A DNA stretch of 64,000 nt from Asterias rubens. Its lineage: Eukaryota. Position 1 is the first letter of the stretch, and every line of letters starts with the position of its first letter. The DNA lies in assembly GCF_902459465.1 (NCBI RefSeq), contig NC_047080.1, positions 2,790,001 to 2,854,000 on the forward strand, read 5' to 3'. Below are positions 35,601-48,600 of this stretch, piece by piece. The position numbers were made by a program, and so were the translations under genes. The notes under the pieces were generated by a model. That model saw only the letters and a list, made by a program, of their open reading frames with translations, did no database searches and was not told where the DNA came from.

Positions 35601-38600
35601 TTTAGAAAAGTCAGTAAAATTAAACCATTTTGAAAGACGAATTAATATTAGTCATTAATTGAAAGTTTGCTTAAATAAAAAAAAAATAATAAAAATATTG
35701 AGTAAGTGATGTTTTCAGTAAAGGGTGTAAGGGGAAAAACAATTTGGCTTGTACTTGATGTCAGTTTGAAACTAAAGTTGTGCTTACCTCCTTAAAGGAT
35801 TGTCTGAACTCGTATTTAGAGACGGTACCACTTTTGTCAGCATCTGCATGGCCCAACATGTTAACCAGTCGCACTAGAGCATCTTTAATTTTCTCTTTTG
35901 ACGCTTGTTTTTCATCACAACTCTTCTCCTTTTTTCTTAATGAGAGGAATTAGGGACAATAGTAACACTCAATGAATGATTCAACAAAATAACTATAAGA
36001 TTCATCTGTCGACGAGTTTTTTGTGTTGTCATGGAGAGGGTATTGCCATGGTGATTTGTATTGAGGCATCACACTTCGCTTGTAAGATTTGTGCACAACT
36101 TAAGATTTATTTTATTGTATTGTAAGATCAATCTTGGCTATTCTGAAATCGATGTTGCGCTGCTAACCATAAGCACTCGAAAAGGCATGCTAAATTTTCG
36201 GTGCTTACTAAAAAAATAATGTAATGTAAATCCAATGTGAACACGCCATCTGGCGCCTAATTTTCTTGCCAACCTGTAAAACACGCCTACGCTTTTAGCA
36301 AACTATTGTTCGTTCAGTTAGCACGAAGAATTAAACACCGTGCGTTTAAACTGTTTACGCAAGATTGGCAAAAACGAGATAAGGGTAAGTCAGAATAAAA
36401 CGACAATTCTGTGCCAGCAGCCTCTTGGTGGCACTCGATATATGATTACACCGATTGGAGAAGAAAACTCACCGTTTAAGTTTTGTGTCTGGGGATGGGA
36501 CTTCCCTGGCATACTTGCGGACCCTGGCGTCGAGGTCTGTTTTCATTGTGTCCTGCTCACTCGCGGAAAACTGTAATTAAAAAAGCGAGTTATTTTGGCG
36601 CAATCAATTTGACTATAATTTCGATCCACTACTTAAATCGTATAGTAAACATATTACTTGAATGTCAACTTGAATTAAAGGATTACACAACTTACCAAAC
36701 ATACACCAGAGTTCTTTTTTAACACACTTCATGTTTGGAATTACATGTACGTCACGCAGGCCATGGCCTCTGTTGCCCCTGGTCTTGACCTTGGTGCCAC
36801 TCCAGAAGTTCCACATAGACTTAAAGGGAAGGTACACGTTTGGTAATAACTCAAAACAAATAAATTATTAACTTAAAAACTGACTTGGTAACGAGCATTT
36901 GAGTGCTGTTGGTAGTATAAAACATTGTGGGAAACAACTCCCTCTGAAGTAAAGTAAATTTTTAGAAAGAGGTAATTTCTCACTAAAATAATAAAAGACT
37001 TCTAGCTATAGAAGTCTTTTATTCTTATCTGAAAGCACACAAGTTCGTCCAACAAGGGTGTTTTTTCTTTCATCATTCATTTATGTTATGGTTATGATGG
37101 GATACACCAAGTGAGAAGACTGGTCTTTGACAACTACCAAACGTGTACCTTCCCTTTAAAGATTTCTCAATGAAAGTTTCCCTTTGCAAAATGTATTTAG
37201 CCTTGTCCTTTCAAGGATGAAACTCCGGGCCTGACACTTACCAGCAGAATTCCTAATGTCTTCTTGTTGACCGTCCCAAAGCGTCTTGACAAGTCCCACT
37301 GATCGCTAACATTCGGTTTACAAAGTCGCTCAAAGAAATTGTCTTCCCGGTCCATTGATAAATACCAGCCTAAATAAAACAATAAGAGGAGTTACAGCAA
37401 TAAGTTGGTCACTTTCTGCTCTCTCTGTGCACGCAGACCAAAGACTTTCGAAAAGAAGCATAGTGTGTGCCTATGGCAAACATTTTGGTCATTATGTGAA
37501 AAACCCGTATACAGTGAGATATGGTGGACACAATTCTAGGGCACTCTTTGGTTAGGGCACATTTTGTCTGTAGACACTCAAACCAAAGTAGTCTTTTGGT
37601 GTCCGCCATACTTGAAATGGGCTAATGGTTCGTGTTCTCTAGAGTTTTGTGGAAAGAGCCGGTTTTGGGTAGGAGATGCAATGACATGTCATGTACGAGC
37701 GGTCAAAGGCACGGACAAAAGCTTCGAGGTTCCGACTACCATGCTTCATTTGTAATGAATCTGTTCGGAAATGGCTGAACATGCAAGGGGCAAATTGTAT
37801 AGTTTTAGTAACATCCTCTTGATCGATAATAGCCCAACCGTATACCTACCATCAAAAGCGTGGACTGGGTAGTTACACAGAAGACCACCATCAACAAAGT
37901 AGTTCTGTCTGAACTTGACCGGTTTCAAAATAGCTGAAAGGGGGATACAACATTGCAACTTGAAACACAAATAAAGTATTTAAAATAGTATCAACATTTT
38001 TGTTCGTCAGAATTGTGTTTTGGTTGTTGATGGTTTAAAAAGAGATTCGATCTAACAAATCATTGTGTATTGCAAAGTTTTACACTTTAAAAGTGTGCCG
38101 GTCACTTTGGCTTAGAGGAGGGTTCGTGAGATGTAGACTCTTCGAGGTCAAAGGTGACTATGGACGAGGGCAACGGCAGATCGCTGACGTAATTCACGAG
38201 ACTCTAAGTGTGACGTATGATGTTCAATGTCTTTTCAGCCAAACGAAGCCTTTTCAAGACTATACATTAATACAATAGATAATGTAATTCGATTATCCTT
38301 CAACCTTGACCCCAGGTTTAGTGTATACCGTATCCTACCTGGAATAGAAGCAGAAGCCCTGGCAGCGAGGTAGATAGGCATTTTGGGCGTTGTCTTCGCA
38401 TGAAAATACACGGCGTCCATCATATTCAAATCAGCTCCCACAATGCATAGCTCCACGCCTTCACGTTCCTTGTATAACTACGTACACGACAGTTGGTTTA
38501 CAAGTTATTCATTTATTCATTTTCATTAATTCATTTTGATTAAAAACCATTTTGATAAAAATTGCACAGATTAAATGACATAAAATTGCACCACCGCAGT

Positions 38601-40628
38601 GGTAGGTTATAGTGCAAGTTATGAGCTTATAATATTGGTGAACAATAGGCATTCCGTTATTCGATAAGTTTGGACTTATCGTGTACGTACACGATAAGAA
38701 AGACTCAATATTACTCATGTTAGAGCAATACCGTAAATTACAGACTAACCTGCCTGAAAGTAAAATTCCTGTCTCCACCAGTCTTATTGCACACGTTGTC
38801 ACCTATCCACCTCTCCAGCTTCTTTCCTGGGTGAGCGCCAAGTTTACCGACGAGATTCACCAGTCGCCCAAAAATTCCCCACTTCCCGTCTAAATTCAAC
38901 AAAAATGGATTTGTGAATTGATAAAAAATACAGAATGAAAACCATCACAGGCTAAGCTACAAAACCAAAAAAATAAAAGCAGACACAACAAAAACAAAAG
39001 TACAGACAAAGACCAGATCTAAGATTAACATTTCCATACATCACTCTTACCATAAATTAACGGTGAGAAGTTTGGACCCAGCAGTTCCTGTATTTCGTAG
39101 GAGTCGTAACCCAAAGCTGAATAAGTAGCTACGATACTTCCAGCACTGCTACCTGCAAATCGCTTGATATTCTTCATTATCCCCAGCTCCTCAAGTACCT
39201 ATGATTAAAAAACAAAGGCCCAATTAAAGTCAAGCATCACCCCATGAGAACCGTATTTAGTTTGCACTTTGGTACAGCCCTTTACACTTTTTTGGGGGTC
39301 AGATAAAGGACCCATATTCGGTTCACGCGGTGCCTGACCCTTGTCTAGGTCAGTAGGGTCACGTGGTGTCTGACTCATGTTTGGGTCAGTGTGGTCACGT
39401 GGTGCCTGACCCTTTTCTGGGTCAGTAGAGTCACGTGGTGCCTGACTCATGTTTTGGTCAGTAGGGTCACGTGGAACTTGATGTCTGGGTCAGCCTGACC
39501 ATTGTCTTGGTCACTAGATTTACGTGGTGCCTGACTCATGTCTGGGTCAGCCTGACCAATGTCAGATTCATTAGAGTTACGTGGTGCCTGACTTATGTCG
39601 TGGTCAGCCTGACCAATATCTGGGTCATTAGAGTTACGTGGTGCCTGATCAATGTCTGGGTCAGTAGGGTCACTTTTGTCACTTGTATGACACAAAATGT
39701 GTGTAAAGAATGACACAGGAAACCGAAGCACAATTTATATCAAATTTCAAATGTTTAACCAGTCCGGGTCAGCCTGACCCAGATAAGGGTCAGGATCAGT
39801 AGGCCCCGTTATCCGGGTCAATTCTGACCTCGGAGTTTTTTACAGTATACATGTATAGGAAAAACTGTTGACTATGAGGAATGACCCCCAAAATACTAAC
39901 ATACATGTACGTCTTGAAGTTTCTCTAAAATGTCAATAGTGGGAACAATTTGTTGGTATCAACTTTGGATGTACAGATAGTTTGTTTGAAATTAGCCAAT
40001 TACAATTATTTTAAAGGCACTGGACACGTTTGATATTGTGAAAGACCAGTCTTCTCACATGTATCTCAACATTATGCATAAAATAACAAACCTCTGACAA
40101 TTTTGCTCAATATTGGTCATCGACAAAGAAATAATGAACACTCTTGATACATTACTTTGTGTGCTTTAACCAGATGCATAATGAAAGAGTTCAGTTGTAA
40201 ACCTTAATTATTTGAGTGAGAAACTGCCCCTTTCTCAAAATCTACGTTGGAGCCGTCTATCATATATGTTGGGTTCAACAGCTCAACAGTTCAAACACCT
40301 TCAGCTATTTTTTTAATTTTTTTATTATTTTTTTATTTTAATAACTACCAACCGTGTCCAGTGCCTTCAAAGGATATCTTGATACACTTACTCGGATGAC
40401 TCCAACATAAGACATACTCTTACTTCCGCCTCCCTCGAAAGCAAGATTTTCAAAAGGGAAGTCACATTCTGCAAACTCTCGCTTCTCGTTCTCAGTCAGA
40501 ATTGGTACACGTTCGTCTAACCTGTAACACGTTGTTGGTGCATAACGTTTTCCTTTGGATCCACGTTTCACTTGTTTCGTCTGATGAGATGGTGATTGAA
40601 GAAAACCACTGAATGAATCTTCAGCCAT
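32677..40628 (-). CDS. Patatin-like phospholipase with two EF-hands, copy A (complete, ~513 aa, 12 exons)
   Basis: Exons 40628-40392, 39198-39051, 38889-38750, 38477-38339, 37933-37850, 37369-37242, 36570-36473, 35935-35788, 34758-34669, 34100-33942, 33259-33164, 32751-32677. Motifs NLAFEGGGSKS, FAGSSAG, ASASIP, FVDGGLLCNYP; EF loops DADKSGTVSKYE and DTDNSGE|IEYSE; C-terminal RTIGINT..CGKQATLGFL. Confidence 0.9.
32940..33125 (-). mobile_element. tRNA-derived SINE, family 3
   Basis: Reverse strand reads ttggtaagacactgctctagaattgcaaaggtcgtgggttcga; copies ~44340-44510 and ~19690-19760. Confidence 0.7.
33625..33855 (+). mobile_element. 3' end of an L2-clade LINE
   Basis: FADGAFSVYGPKLWNKLPNHIKDTTSFNTFKALLKAHLFQEAYHQ* is the typical L2 ORF2 C-terminus, followed by a short UTR and (TTGA)n tail. 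Confidence 0.85.
39322..39848. repeat. 36/57-bp GGGTCA-rich minisatellite, possibly a CACTA/EnSpm-type subterminal array, in intron 1 of patatin copy A
   Basis: CACGTG at 39360, 39396, 39432, 39468 (36-bp period); TACGTG at 39521, 39578, 39635 (57-bp period); terminus ttttttacagta resembles a CACTGTAAAAA TIR. Confidence 0.85.
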
Positions 40629-40889
40629 GATTTTTCAGTGCCTGTGTCTCTAAGCAACCATGGAGGTAGAACTACCGCCCTCAACCGTATAACTGTGGAG
40701 AAATCTCGTCGTGAATGATAGTCCAAGTGTTATTAACATTACCACTCGGTTCATTCACTCTAAGTACATAGTACACATGCAATATGTCCATGAATTTGTG
40801 CACGTGCTATTCCTAGTTCCGGTTTCGCACAATGCTGTCTACACGCGAACATGGGCCTACTAAACATACCACTCAGCTTATTCACTCTG

Positions 40890-41040
40890 AAGGCCGAGTT
40901 ATAGTCGGTCGCGCGATGGTCGGGCGTCGGTAATCTTGACGCGCGATCATAAAAAGACATGGTTTTTAGGCCTCAGTCTTAGGATTGCGCGCAAGTCTTC
41001 CGTCGCGCGACCATCGCGCGACCGACTGTAAATCAGCCTT
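40890..41040. mobile_element. Hairpin MITE upstream of copy A start codon
   Basis: aaggccgagttatagtcggtcgcgcgatggtcg / cgaccatcgcgcgaccgactgtaaatcagcctt. Confidence 0.8.
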
Positions 41041-42643
41041 AAGTACATTGTGCAATGTTCATGAAATTGTGCACGTAGCTACATAATAATATTCATAGTT
41101 CCGGATTCGCACAGTGCTGCTACACACGAACATACAATGTACATGTACATTTCCACTTGCTCGTCACCAACAGGTTTTAAAGTAACAAAGTACGAGTAGT
41201 ACTTCTGTCAACCACTTCTTCATGTTCACTGAGGCATGCGATGACAAAACCCATTCATACATGCCCGGGGTCAATAGGTAAAGGGGCCAGATCAAAGGGG
41301 GTTTGTGTGATGAGTCATACGTATAGAGAAAACCATTACCGCATTTGCATAAATACACCTGTAGCATAATTGGCAAAAAAAAAATATAAAAAATCATCTA
41401 ACCTTTCTCCATAGTCTAACATCACAGATTTACATTCAACTTATGATGATGAAAGTAGGAAACATCCCTTTTAATATTTCTGTCTGAAATGTCATATTTG
41501 ATGAGAAATAAATACCAGTTAGTGTTTTATTCATGTTTAAAGGCAGTGGACACTATTGGTCATGACTCAAACTAATTATCAGCATAAAACCTCACTTGGT
41601 AACGAGTAATGGGGAGAGGTTGATGGTATAAAACATTGTGAAAAAAAAAAATATCGATGTCATGCAAAAATAATGTGTAATCGGTTTTCACTATTTTCTC
41701 GTGACCCATGATGGTCGATCGATCTCAGTAAAGGTGTGTCAGTTTTGTACAAATGTATACGGTGGACTACAGAAATTGCCTACACTGCCGGCAGCTGTAG
41801 CAAAAACAACTCTGTACTGTTCCTTTATTTTTTTACTATTTATTTTATTATTACACATGTATTCCTTTTTTTAATATATAGAAAAATACAATATTACGAG
41901 CAGATGTTTATTTATTTATTATACAATGGATATTCACATTAAAAGGTCCCGAATGGCAAGGCATTTATGAACTTCTCACAGAACAAACGTTTCAGACAAA
42001 CCATTCATAAACACTTTAAAGTTGATGTAAACATAAGATTAAGACAGACAAGAAAAACTTATCAAAACATAAGAAAAATATATCAATTTCAGTAGTATAC
42101 CAAAACAAAATTATATTAATTAAACCCTGATACACAAACTGTGTAGAAAAAACATTACAGGGTTCTGCATTTGATTTGATTTGATTTTAAAAGGTTTATT
42201 AAAAACAAAGACAATCGCAGCCAGAGGCTGAATTGCAGTCAAATTACAAAGATATAAGTAAATATATAAATTTCAAAGAGCTAAAAATACGAGAATAAAA
42301 TGAAATATAAAACACCGATAAAAAAAAAGATTTACAAAGATTATGGAAAAAAACCTGTTGGCCTCATGGTCCAAAGCAAGTCCAAAGCAAGAAATTTGAA
42401 ACCAAAACCGCCTCCAAATTTGGGCTACCAGAGTCTGCATGGTGTACACTGTTGTGTTTGTTGTTTGTGTTTCTTGCATTTTATGTTGTTATAAGTGCAT
42501 GTATGTACGTAGGATTTGACTGCGTAGCTCCACTTGAAATTAAGGTCAAAAGGTGCATTTAGAAGTGGATTGTCATAGTCTTAATGTAGCTTTCTTGCGT
42601 AATTCACGAGCTTCGGAGTGTGACGTCATAATGTACAGATTAC

Positions 42644-45600
42644 TCATTTTGTCATTTTTTCAAATATTGCTTCGATACCAGTTTCACGAGTCTCAACGGT
42701 GATAAGTTTCTCACGTTCCTTGGGTTGTTTGCTGGTAGACATGTGCTCTCGTAGGTAGCTCAAAGTTGCTTGCTTTCCACACTGTTTTTGGGGACCAACA
42801 AAAACTATAACATGAGGCACGGATCTATGAAGTGATGACAAAATGACGTTGCGCACGATATTCCTTACACAAAATTAAACAGTATTTTTTTTAAGTGTAC
42901 CCGCATCCCTTTTTTTAAAGGCAGTGGACACTATTGGTAATTTCTCAAAACAATTATTAGCATAAAACCTTACTTGGGGACGAGTAATGGGGAGAGGTTG
43001 GTGGTATAAAACATTGTGAGAAACGGCTCCCTCTGAAGTGACACAGCTTTCGAGAAAGAACTAATTTTCCCTGAATTTGATTTCGAGACCTTAGATTTAG
43101 AACTTCAGGTCTCAAAATCAACCATCTAAACGCACACAACTTCGTGTGACAAGGGTATTTTTTCTTTCATTATTATCTCGCAAGTTCGATGACCGATTGA
43201 GCTCAAATTTTCACAGGCTTGTTATTTTAGGCATATGTTGAGATACACCAACTGTGTAGGCTAGTCTTTGACAACTGCCAATAGCGTCCACTGCCTTTAA
43301 ACAGTGTGCTTTTTTTACCATAAGTGTGCTACCCGCATCTCTTTTTTTAAGGCCTCTTGTCACAGTCGGCTTTTCAATTATTCTTTAATTATTCAACCCA
43401 AATTCAAGCTTAATTTACCTCTATGAGAAAGTTCTTATCTGCTCTCTCCATGTCCCAATCGAAAGCATCCAAATACTTGGTGTTGATACCAATGGTGCGG
43501 GAGAAATCCGAACTCTGAACAATTCAATAAAAAAGAAAATGAAAAGATGTGAATAGAGCCAAGCAAACAATCGGGTCTTTAAGCTTACGAACAAAATGGG
43601 AGTTATTTCCTCTGAATGCGACTTGTTTACTCTTCTCTGTGATATTTCATTGAGCTATATGTTTACAGTTGTACATCTTTAAGCCAGAGTAAAGTTGGTT
43701 TGAAGGAACACAAATTTCCCCCCCCCCCCAAAAAAGAGAGAGTTTGTCTCGCATTGTTGGAAACTTATGGAGTCGATTCAAAAGAGGGCGCTATCAGAAG
43801 AAGTTTGTACACTAATCTCATGCTGCCCCACCTGTCTGTTTGGTAAGACTCTACGTTTCGTCTTTTGTCACATGTTTTTGTTGACTAGCTTGCTCAAAGT
43901 CATAGTTCTTAGACCGATCCAGTAGGCTCTGCCCACGACGCACGTGTGAGCAAGAACACGGGGTTCTCCAATGCCTTCTGCACAACTCTGCTGCGCGCGC
44001 CAAGATACGCGCACGATGTCTGACTTTATTTGTCGGACCTTCTTTGAGTTGTGATTGGTCAATACGCAATGGGGCGGAGCCAAGTGGATCGGCGCTACTC
44101 ACTCTTGTCGTTACACGTTGCACATTGAGAAGCAAAGTATCGACTAGTGACCCGAGTAACTCGGTGATACTGCTGATCTCACGCCGTTCATATCCACTTA
44201 GAGTCTGCAGTAAGTCCACTCCTCGTCTGGCTCCTAGTTGGACAAGCTCTGTGTATCTTTGTTTGATTACAAAAAAGTTAGTACAAATATTTTCAAGCTT
44301 GAAAATTAGCTTTTTTAAATGTTAAATTTGCATCGAGGGTAAAGAATAGTAATTTCGGTTTTACCCATTACACCGATGTGTGTTAGTTAACACTGTATAC
44401 TTAGTACTTTCCCGTGTGCTGTGAACACAAAACCACAGACATATTATTACTCGGGTGTGACTCGAACCCACGACCTTTGCAGTTCTAAAGATGTGCCATA
44501 CCAGCTATACAAATTGTTTACTTCAAACTGCTGCTCACAATATACACTTGTCTTTTGAAATTAAAGCTGTAGGTTAATTACTCGTTCTTACCTCACCACT
44601 TCCATCGCTGTCGATGATATCAAAAATAGCATCTGGGTTGTCCTCACACTCAAAGAGTAACCGAATGTCATTAGCAGTTAATTTTCCTCTGTTCTAAAAG
44701 TGAAAAAAAAAGCATGTTGTTTTATGCATATTTTGAGAAACACCAAGTGAGAAGACCGGTCTTTGACAATCCCAATAGTGTCCACTGTCTTTAAGCCTAC
44801 TTCAATCATGTCCATAATCACCTTTCACCTACATTCATTACACATTGAAAACGCAGTCAAATCATATGTACATGTGTACATTACACATTGTCTATAATAA
44901 GACAAATGCAAGCTGAGACGACCGGAAGTGCAGCTGCCAAACTTCGGACCAATCAAAACAAATCAATGAAATCAATGTATCCAATGAAATCACTGGTTCT
45001 GTAAAACCAATACCTGTCTTTATCCTTGCGGAAAAATGCAAGGGGCCAGTCTACAAGCTATGATGGTTGTGTTACCTGTTGGAAAGATGTCCTGAACTCC
45101 TCTTTAGAAATAGAACCACTCTTATCGGCATCAGCGCCGTTCAACATTGTCATCAGTCGGCTGACTGCTTCTTTAATATCATCCGTTGAGTTCTGTACTT
45201 TTTCATTTTTCTTTGCCATTTTCCTTCAATCGGTAGGAAAAATAGAGCAGAAGTTTGAGAAAAGAAAGACAGTTTTAATAGACAGTAAGTTGACTGATAA
45301 GTGGAAAGCTTACCTGCTAAGTTTTGTGCTTGGGGTTGGGACTGGTTTCCCACCATACTTTGCGATCCTATCGTCAAGGACCGTTTTCATCGTGTCCTGC
45401 TCGCTGGTTGAGAACTAACAACAGTAACAATAACAAATAAAAAAAAAGGAATTAAAAATTTACGAAATATTAGCACTTTCGTAAGTAGAAATTGTCAACC
45501 GTTTTTGTTTTACTGAGTAAAAATACACACATTCCTTGTGTGCACCCCTTTGGATATTCCTTTTGTTCTTTCAATTGCCCAAGTTCTTAAGATTTTCCAG

Positions 45601-48600
45601 ATACTTTGTACACAAAATTCCTCGTGGAGCAACCAAGTCTTTAGAATTTCCCTATGGAGTTCTTAGAATTCCTTGTTTCCTTTTTTTCCCCTTGGTCTCC
45701 AGAGGGTAGGCGTACGGAATATTAAAGCACTATATATATAGGTGCAAAGAGCGAGAAGGATGTTTGAAGGTGGTTAGGGCATTATCCTGTTTAAATTTTG
45801 AGGTATTCAAAACTGTTTTTTAATAGAGTGCGACTAGAGTGTTGTTTCTTTCAATATTTTCTTGGAACTTCACTGACCAATTGAGCCCAAATGTTCACTG
45901 TTTTTTTTATGCATATATTGGGATACACAAAGTGTATGTCTTTGACAACTCCTAAAAGTAGACATTGTCTTCAAGTGATTTATGGGACAATACGTATTGC
46001 CAAAAAAAATTAGACCATTATACACTTTCGGTACAGAAAAATAAAGGTTAACAGATTTACAAATATTTTACAGGGTTTACAGAAGGTAATGGTGAAAGAC
46101 TTCTCTTGAAATATCATTCCATGAAATGCTTTACTTTTTGAGAAAACAGTAAAACAACATCAATTCTTGATAGCGAGAATTACGGATTTATTTTAAACAC
46201 ATGTCATGACACGGCGAAACGCGCGGATACAAGGGTGGGTTTTCCCGTTATTTTCTCCCGACTCCGCTGACCGATTGAGCTTAAATTTTCACATGTTTGT
46301 TATTTTATATATAAGTTGTGATACACGAAGTGTGGAACTTGGACAATACATGTACTGTTTACCGAAAGTGTATAATGGCTTTAACTTACAACCTACCAGA
46401 AGTATTCCAAGTGTCTTGTCATTTAACTCTCCGAAGCGTTCTGACTTGTCCCATTTCTTACTCGCATTGGTAAGATCGCCAAATCGAGCAAAGTAACTAT
46501 CCTTGGGGTCCATAGATAAATACCAGCCTAAGTAGAAGCAGAGAGATCTTACAAGTTAAAGGCTCTGGGTGGATTTAACAAAGAACCAAAAAAGTCTTAT
46601 CTCGAGTTAGGACCAGTTACTCGTCCTAACTTAGGACTATCCATGCAATTTGTAAATATCTCCTAGGACTAGTCCTAAGTTAGGACTAGTCCGAACTCTT
46701 TGTGAAATCGACCCCTGCGGACACGTTTGGTAAAAAAAATACAAGTTTGTAAAATGATATTATTAGCATAAATCTTACTTGGTAACGAGCAACGGAAAGC
46801 CATTAAACCGTCATTCAAAAATACCTCAGGCTGTTTCGCTATTTCTATTTGTGGAGAGCGAGTCACGTGGGGGTGTTTAAACGGTCGATAATAACCAGGT
46901 GGAGCTGTTTATAGTCGGTTGTTTTCGGATACGGATTTCGGATACGCGACCAAATGCATATCTGAAAACTGTCTCAGTCTTAAAACAAAAAACACTTACA
47001 GAGCTCCAGGACGTCGAAAAACGGATCAGTTTTACAAAGTTGTATACTTTTATCATGCCGTTTAACCAAAGAGGCATTCATGAATGGGAATAAAAGAGTA
47101 GTGACTCGTTCTTAAACTGCCGTTTAAAACCTTACAGGGCCGGGCCGTGGCACGGCGATAAAGGCCCACGCCTTCGGCTCGGGACTTTATCACACGGCCA
47201 CGACCCTGCCGGTTTGAAACGGTAGTTTAAAAAGAATTCTCGCTACCATTTTAATCACTTATTACATCACCCTTCGGAGGTCGCGTAGGTCTATACGTAA
47301 CTCTTAATGTTTCAATTTAATACCTACCATCAAAAGCGTGGACCGGATAATTACAAAGAAGACCGCCATCCACGAAGAAACTCTGTCGAAACTTAACGGG
47401 TCTTAAAACAGCTGCAATGAGAATTGAATTCAATATTAAGAGCTCACAAATGCTTTTTTGGAAACTGCTTAAACAATCCCCGCAAAACAGTAATTTTTTC
47501 ACATTACTTTTTCATTTAGACTTCACTTAAAAATTGCATAGAAAGATGTTTTAAAAAGGAGAATATAATGATCAACACAAGTATCACCCAAAATTGCACG
47601 GTTTTCATTTTACGTCGCGAACTAACACGGTCGGCCATTGGGAGTCAAAAATGTGACTCCCATGGCCGACGAGGTAAAAGGAAAACCGTGCAATTTCGAG
47701 GCATGTTTGTGTGGACCATTGTATTTTACTTTTACAACATCTTTCTAACCATTATGCATTTCACAACAAACGGTTTCAACTGCTTTTTAAAGACCAACTC
47801 GGCCGATCCAAGGCAACGTGTTCCTTTAAAGGTGCAGTGAATCGAGTAAATTGTCACAAAACTGTACCTGGGATCGAGGCAGAAGCCCTGGCAGCGAGGT
47901 AGATAGGCATATCCGGTGTGGTCTTAACATGGAAGTAAACGGCGTCCATCTTATTCAAATCAGCTCCCACAATGCACAGCTCCACACCGCTCTCTTTATA
48001 CAGCTGAAATGGATCGACGTATATACGGAACTTGGTTACAAAACTGTGATGGGTCCAGCTCGTATTTGTTGCTCTATGTGGCGTGTAATGAGGTGCATGC
48101 TGGTCTAGCTGGCGATCAAATAAGACCAGCATGAACCCAATTCAACCGTTAGCGCTTGCGTATTGGGTACTTGCCAAAAGGTTAGGATCTCATAATCGAG
48201 GTCAAAGGGTCTATGACAATGACATCTCTGTGACGTCAGTCTTCCAGGCTTAGATTTGACTTACCTGCCGGAAGGTATAGTTTTTGTTGCCGGTCTTGAT
48301 GAGCACCGTGCTAGCTATCCAGTGCTTAAGCTTGTTTCCCGGATGTGCGCCCAGTTTACGGACTAGATTTACCAGTTGCCCTAGCCATCCCCAACTACCA
48401 TCTTGACATATTTCGGGAAAAACATGCAAATTTGTTAGAATTTGATTTAACTCGGTTATTTGATTTCTTGAAATGTGTTTACTTTTAGTTGATCAGATTC
48501 AAACACGCCTTAAAACAACAAGATTGAATAAATACAAATAAATAAACGCTTTGTCTAATCGATTAAACTTATTTTGGTTGAACGAAGACATGGAATGGGA

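Noticed and set aside
45026-45418. 130-aa plus-strand ORF duplicated at 58196-58588
   Set aside because: Antisense shadow of patatin exons 7-8 and their intron; its duplication simply reflects the conversion tract.
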